A stretch of DNA of 31,667 bases from Gemmatimonadota bacterium (GTDB taxonomy: Bacteria > Latescibacterota > UBA2968 > UBA8231): assembly GCA_038153405.1 (NCBI GenBank), contig JAYOYH010000003.1:1-31667 (forward strand). The letters are read 5' to 3'. Position 1 is the stretch's first letter. Each line of letters begins with the position of its first letter. The notes beneath the pieces are model-generated. The model ran no database searches. It saw only the letters and a program-made list of their open reading frames with translations, and was not told where the DNA came from. The position numbers and the translations under genes are program-made. This document shows, in pieces, positions 27,556 through 31,667 of the stretch.

Positions 27556-28950
27556 TCAGCCAACCTGGTCTCCAGCGCGCTGCAGCACCTCTGTCAGCAT
27601 CGCCGCGCGTTGAACCGGATCGAGCCAGCGCTCCTGAACTGCTCCGTCCAGCTCGTATAGCGGATCAAAGTAGTAGAATAACTGCCCAGGCCGCACGGCG
27701 GGACTGGCGTACACGGCAATGCCACTTTCTCGATCGTATACTTCGTAGGCGTGCACATTGCGTTTCCCCCCGCCACCCATCGTGTCGAGGACAAAAGCTG
27801 GCGTATTGAACCCTGCCGTGACGCCGCGCACCTGCTTTTCGAGATCGAGGGCCTTCTGCAGCGTTGTGCGCAGATCTTCTACGCCCCGCACCATATCGTG
27901 CACGAAGACATAGTAGGGTTTTACACCCATCCATCCCAGTCGCTGTACTAGCAGCTGCATAACGTCTGCCGAATCGTTTACGCGGCGCTGCAGAACCGTC
28001 TGATTGCGAATGACAATCCCCCGCTGCACCAAAGGCTCCAAAGCCGTTCGCGTGATTTGGCTGATTTCGTTGGGATGATTGAAGTGCGTATGCAGTGCCA
28101 CCTCTTTGCCGCGCAGGCGTCCCGCCTCTACCACGCGTATCAGCGCGTCGGTCCACGCCCGGTCGCTCAGCAGCTTTTGCGGCATGATAGCCGGTGCTTT
28201 GGTAGCAAAACGCATGCGCTGTAGATGATCGATATCGAGTAAGCGCATGCCGATGTATTCTATGTGCTCCGCGCGTAGATTAGCCACGTCGCCTCCGCTG
28301 ATGACGATATCTTCCAGTCCGGGCTGCGAATCGACGTAGGCAAAAACCTGTTCCCAGCGCTCTGCCAGCGCGCCGAAATGCACTTTCTCCACGTCTTCGG
28401 TGTCGAGCCCAACCGCATAGGAGCGCGTGCAAAAACGGCAGTATACTGGACAAGTGTCTAGCGCTAGAAAGAGCGCTCGATCGCGGTAGCGATGGGTCAG
28501 ACCGGGAACGGGAGAATCCTCCTGTTCCAACAGCGAGTCAAAACGCAATTCTGGATGATCGGGCTGTGCATGCGAGGCGACCGGCAAAAACTGGATGCGC
28601 AGCGGATCGTCGTAGGGATGCTGCCAGTCAATCAGCGAGACCACATAGGGTGATATGCGCAGACTCATGGTAGAGCGCGATACCCCCCTTTCTACGTCCT
28701 GGTAGAACGTCTCGTCGACGAGATCGCCAAGGACCTGGCGCAGTTTGCGCAGGCTGGTGACGCAGTTGCGACTTTGAAAGCGGTGATCATTAAACTCCTG
28801 GGCGCTTAGCTCGGCATAGGCCGGTATACCTCGCCAGAACTCGTCGGAGCGCAGGTCGCGATGTGCGAGACTAGCACCTAGTTCGTCAGGGCAACATCGA
28901 GGTGTTTCCTCCATAGAGCTCATTGCAGATCTGGTCCTTTCCACTTTCAC
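27556..28950 (-). CDS. KamA-family radical SAM aminomutase (lysine 2,3-aminomutase-like)
   Basis: GLTHRY, CPVYCRFCTR, ISGGD, HTHFNHP, NQTVL, PYYVFVHD, VLDTMGGGGK (PLP lysine). Start at GTG 28950 (overlaps folE stop) or ATG 28923. Confidence 0.92.
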   Translation of the reverse strand: MKVERTRSAMSSMEETPRCCPDELGASLAHRDLRSDEFWRGIPAYAELSAQEFNDHRFQSRNCVTSLRKLRQVLGDLVDETFYQDVERGVSRSTMSLRISPYVVSLIDWQHPYDDPLRIQFLPVASHAQPDHPELRFDSLLEQEDSPVPGLTHRYRDRALFLALDTCPVYCRFCTRSYAVGLDTEDVEKVHFGALAERWEQVFAYVDSQPGLEDIVISGGDVANLRAEHIEYIGMRLLDIDHLQRMRFATKAPAIMPQKLLSDRAWTDALIRVVEAGRLRGKEVALHTHFNHPNEISQITRTALEPLVQRGIVIRNQTVLQRRVNDSADVMQLLVQRLGWMGVKPYYVFVHDMVRGVEDLRTTLQKALDLEKQVRGVTAGFNTPAFVLDTMGGGGKRNVHAYEVYDRESGIAVYASPAVRPGQLFYYFDPLYELDGAVQERWLDPVQRAAMLTEVLQRAGDQVG

Positions 28951-29549
28951 TTTCTTATCAAATCGAAAAACTCTTGGCGCACGCGCGGCTCGTTAAAGCA
29001 CCCGCGCAGAGCCGAGGTCGTAGTCATGGCACCCGCCTTTTCCACCCCGCGCATTTCCATGCAGAGGTGGCGCGCTTCCAGCACGGCAATCGCCCCGATC
29101 GGCGCTAGTTTCTCTTCGAGAAAATCGATGACTTGGTCCGTCAAACGCTCCTGCAGCTGGGGCCGTCGCGCGTAGAATTCAACTATGCGGGCAATCTTAC
29201 TCAGACCGACAATGCGCTCACCTGGAATGTAGGCTATATGCGCCTTGCCGAAGAAGGGTATCATATGGTGGGAACACACGGAAAAAAACTCGATATCGCG
29301 CACGATGACCATATTGTCGTAGCCGTCATCGTTGGGAAAATAAGTTATGCTGGGTTCGCTCTGCTCACTGAGTCCACGAAAAATTTCCAAATACATGCGC
29401 CCCACTCTAGCCGGTGTATCACGCAGATGCGGATCGCTAAGGTCGAGGTTGAGAACGCGCATAATCTCGCCGAAGTGCTCGGAAATCTTCTCGGCCCGTT
29501 CCATCTCTGCTCCCCTCAACCAAGCAGGCTCATTGTAATCTTCGTCCAT
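28947..29549 (-). CDS. folE: GTP cyclohydrolase I
   Basis: DTPARV, SVCSHHMIPF, GLSKIAR, RRPQLQERLT, HLCMEMRG. Confidence 0.97.
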   Translation of the reverse strand: MDEDYNEPAWLRGAEMERAEKISEHFGEIMRVLNLDLSDPHLRDTPARVGRMYLEIFRGLSEQSEPSITYFPNDDGYDNMVIVRDIEFFSVCSHHMIPFFGKAHIAYIPGERIVGLSKIARIVEFYARRPQLQERLTDQVIDFLEEKLAPIGAIAVLEARHLCMEMRGVEKAGAMTTTSALRGCFNEPRVRQEFFDLIRK

Positions 29550-29597
29550 GTCTACTCAGCCCCTCAAAAGTGTAATCGCATGCTGTGTGGGTATAAC

Positions 29598-29639
29598 GAC
29601 AGAGTGGGGCTAAAGCCTAGTGCTTTGCCCCACTCTGTC
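29598..29639. repeat. Strong intergenic inverted repeat (hairpin)
   Basis: GACAGAGTGGGGC / GCCCCACTCTGTC 13-bp stem plus inner AAAGC/GCTTT pairing; lies just after the peroxiredoxin stop. Confidence 0.8.
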
Positions 29640-29656
29640 TTCACTTATGAGCTATC

Positions 29657-30124
29657 TCAGTTCAAATCCTGCAAACACGCTTGTATGGCTTCAAAGTCGG
29701 GCAAGACCTTTGCATCATCAGAAACAGAGGCGTAGCGGACAACCCCCTCCCTGTCGATGACAAACGCAGAGCGCTTGGCAACGCCCTTAAGCCCTAAAAG
29801 CTCCTCGTATTGAGCGCCATAAGCAGCCGATACCTCTCGGTTAAAATCGCTCAATAGGGGAATGTTTATGTCCTCTTTTTCAGCCCAGTTCTTCAGGGCA
29901 AAAGGACTGTCCACGCTGATGCCCAGCACGCGTGCGCCGAGCTCTTCGTAGGCATTGATGCCCTGCGAAATATCGCATAGCTCAGCTGTGCAAATGCCGG
30001 TAAAGGCCAGCGGAACAAAGAGGAGGACGACGTTCTGCCCAAGCTGCGAGTCTAGGCTGACCTCCTCCAAAGCCGTATTTTTTAGCGTGAATTTGGGAGC
30101 GCTATCTCCTACTTGTAGAGCCAT
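29657..30124 (-). CDS. Peroxiredoxin, AhpC/TSA family (AhpE-like)
   Basis: FVPLAFTGICTAELC (PxxxTxxC), GISVDS, LLSDF, KRSAFVIDREG. Confidence 0.92.
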   Translation of the reverse strand: MALQVGDSAPKFTLKNTALEEVSLDSQLGQNVVLLFVPLAFTGICTAELCDISQGINAYEELGARVLGISVDSPFALKNWAEKEDINIPLLSDFNREVSAAYGAQYEELLGLKGVAKRSAFVIDREGVVRYASVSDDAKVLPDFEAIQACLQDLN

Positions 30125-30133
30125 TTATGCACC

Positions 30134-30742
30134 TCACTTAGCAGCGGCATAGCGTTCGCCAACGGCACCCCAATTGATGACGTTAAAGAACGCGGCGATA
30201 TAGTCGGGACGTCGGTTCTGATAGTTCAGGTAGTAGGCATGCTCCCAGACGTCGAGTCCCAAAATAGGCGTGCCCGAACCGTCCATTAGCGGCGTGTCCT
30301 GGTTTGGCGTGCTGGTCACGGCGAGTTTGCCCTCTTTGACGACCAACCAAGCCCAACCGGAGCCAAAGCGCGTAGCAGCGGCCTTGGAGAAGGCCTCCTT
30401 AAACGCATCCATACCACCGAGGTCGCTGTCGATCGCCGAGGCCAAGTCGCCGCTTGGAGCCCCACCCTGGCCACTCAGAATGGTCCAGAACAGACTGTGA
30501 TTGGCGTGTCCCCCGCCGTTGTTGCGCACCGCCGTGCGCGCCGCTTCGGGCACAGAGTCCAAATTCGCTACCAGGTCCTCGATGCTTTTGGAAGCGAGGT
30601 CTGCGTGCCCTTCTAGGGCGGCATTGAGATTGGTCACGTAGGCGTTGTGATGCTTGGAATGGTGAATCTCCATCGTGCGCGCATCAATGTGCGGCTCGAG
30701 CGCGTCGTACGCGTAGGGCAAATCGGGCAGTGAGTAGGCCAT
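30134..30742 (-). CDS. sodA: Superoxide dismutase, Mn-type
   Basis: [25 protein letters not shown] (Mn-type), [23 protein letters not shown] 30742 with AAAGGA RBS. Confidence 0.97.
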   Translation of the reverse strand: MAYSLPDLPYAYDALEPHIDARTMEIHHSKHHNAYVTNLNAALEGHADLASKSIEDLVANLDSVPEAARTAVRNNGGGHANHSLFWTILSGQGGAPSGDLASAIDSDLGGMDAFKEAFSKAAATRFGSGWAWLVVKEGKLAVTSTPNQDTPLMDGSGTPILGLDVWEHAYYLNYQNRRPDYIAAFFNVINWGAVGERYAAAK

Positions 30743-30743
30743 G

Positions 30744-31118
30744 TTAGGTCCTTTCAATGGGGGTTGAATTGTATTCGCGCAAAAGCTCTTCAAACGCGTC
30801 TACTGCGAGAACCGCGGCGTGCTTTTTAATCGGTGGGAGGCCACCGAGGGCCTCTTCGACCGAGGCGGCATCAACGCGTAGGGTGTGTAGGTCCTTTCCC
30901 TCGACCATCTCCGTCAGGATGGAACCAGCCGCAACGGAGGGTGCACAGCCATAGGTCTGACATGAAATTTCTGCAATAACGCCGTTTTCTATGCGAGCAT
31001 ACAGGCGCATACTATCGCCGCAGGCCGGGTTTTCTGCCCGGCCAACCGCATTGGCCGAATCCAACGCACCGGCATGGCGCGGTGCGCGATAGTGGTCTAG
31101 CACCTTTTGACTGTACAA
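30744..31118 (-). CDS. IscU/NifU-N-like Fe-S scaffold protein
   Basis: [32 protein letters not shown]. Likely start is TTG 31118, since the promoter lies inside the longer ORF call. Confidence 0.88.
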   Translation of the reverse strand: MYSQKVLDHYRAPRHAGALDSANAVGRAENPACGDSMRLYARIENGVIAEISCQTYGCAPSVAAGSILTEMVEGKDLHTLRVDAASVEEALGGLPPIKKHAAVLAVDAFEELLREYNSTPIERT

Positions 31119-31161
31119 AGTTTTTGTCTGTAAACGGTTCTGTTTCGGGTTAACCGGTGTC

Positions 31162-31190
31162 AATATACTCGGCCTCAATAGACTTGTCAA
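31162..31190 (-). promoter_or_regulatory. Sigma70 promoter for iscU-like/sodA/peroxiredoxin operon
   Basis: TTGACA (31190-31185), 17 nt spacer, TATATT (31167-31162). Confidence 0.75.
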
Positions 31191-31278
31191 CCCAGGTCCG
31201 AGAAGTGCTGAAATACATATCCTCACAACACTTTATACACTTGTGCTCCGATAAATTCTCAGCGATTGACCGGCTCTC

Positions 31279-31667
31279 TCACGCCTTGAGATCGATGGAT
31301 CCGCCCTGCCCATTGGACCCGCAATCGCGCCAGTAAGAGCGCACCATGGCCAGCACATCGGCGAGGATGGTATCGCGGGAAACCTGATCAATCAGCTCGT
31401 CGAGCCGGGATTCGCGCTGTTCATTCCCCTTTAGCAGCCCCAACCCCTGCATCATGACCAAGTGGTGTATCATACCCGTTTGCAGCAGTGTGCGATTGAG
31501 ATCGGAAAGAGGTATGCTGCTATGCGTTTCAAACTCGTCGACCAACACGGAATATAGTTCGGCCAAGTCGTGCGATAGAGTCGTGTGGTTTTTTAAAAAG
31601 TAATTAATTAACTGAACAAATGATTGTGTTGTTTGGTGGTGGGCTATTATGGGGGGGGGGAAATCTA
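31279..31667 (-). CDS. Hypothetical protein, 3' part (runs off right edge)
   Basis: Frame of the 31279..31566 ORF stays open to the window edge (DFPPPIIAHHQTTQSFVQLINYFLKNHTTLSHDLAELY...); helical character; no family recognised. Confidence 0.55.
   Translation of the reverse strand, partial: DFPPPIIAHHQTTQSFVQLINYFLKNHTTLSHDLAELYSVLVDEFETHSSIPLSDLNRTLLQTGMIHHLVMMQGLGLLKGNEQRESRLDELIDQVSRDTILADVLAMVRSYWRDCGSNGQGGSIDLKA

Noticed and set aside
27556..28950. Radical SAM enzyme acting as QueE
   Set aside because: It has the KamA architecture with the PLP-binding GGGGK motif and is much longer than QueE.
31651..31660. G10 homopolymer as a phase-variation tract
   Set aside because: It is at the window edge and reads in frame as Pro codons; variability cannot be judged without reads.
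1..31667. Numerous short alternative-frame and antisense ORFs in the track
   Set aside because: They overlap well-supported genes, show no motifs and are expected in GC-rich DNA.
1..31667. CRISPR array, IS element or prophage
   Set aside because: No regularly spaced repeats, transposase, integrase or phage structural genes were seen.

Overview
A 31.7 kb GC-rich bacterial chromosomal window. The short FCB-type RpoD/SigA-family sigma factor, RNase Y, OM beta-barrels and FGE-fold lipoprotein suggest a diderm of the FCB group, possibly Latescibacterota-like (inference only). Left part: a minus-strand run (DapA-like aldolase, ANKH-like transporter, Eis-like GNAT, beta-barrel OMP, partial mlaE) divergent from a plus-strand run (Omp85/BamA-TamA protein, lower-GC GT-C/YfhO-like membrane protein, CBM+GH123-like hydrolase, msrAB, purT). 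Right part, from about 14.5 kb to the end, is entirely minus strand: partial hypothetical, IscU-like, sodA, peroxiredoxin, folE, KamA radical SAM, rny, dxr, small membrane protein, queD, Xis-like HTH, repeat lipoprotein, FadN-like, AbfD/HpaB-like, FliG-TM-FecR fusion, sigma factor, tRNA-Asn and FGE-fold protein. No CRISPR array, integrase or transposase was seen. Most notable: (1) an orphan FliG-like rotor protein fused through one TM helix to a FecR-like domain, directly upstream of a sigma factor; (2) a bacterial protein with motif-level similarity to vertebrate ANKH, in an apparent operon with an aldolase and an acetyltransferase; (3) an AbfD-like flavoprotein lacking the Fe-S cysteines; (4) a folE-kamA pair with queD in the same directon. 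All family calls are by motif recognition; no searches were run.
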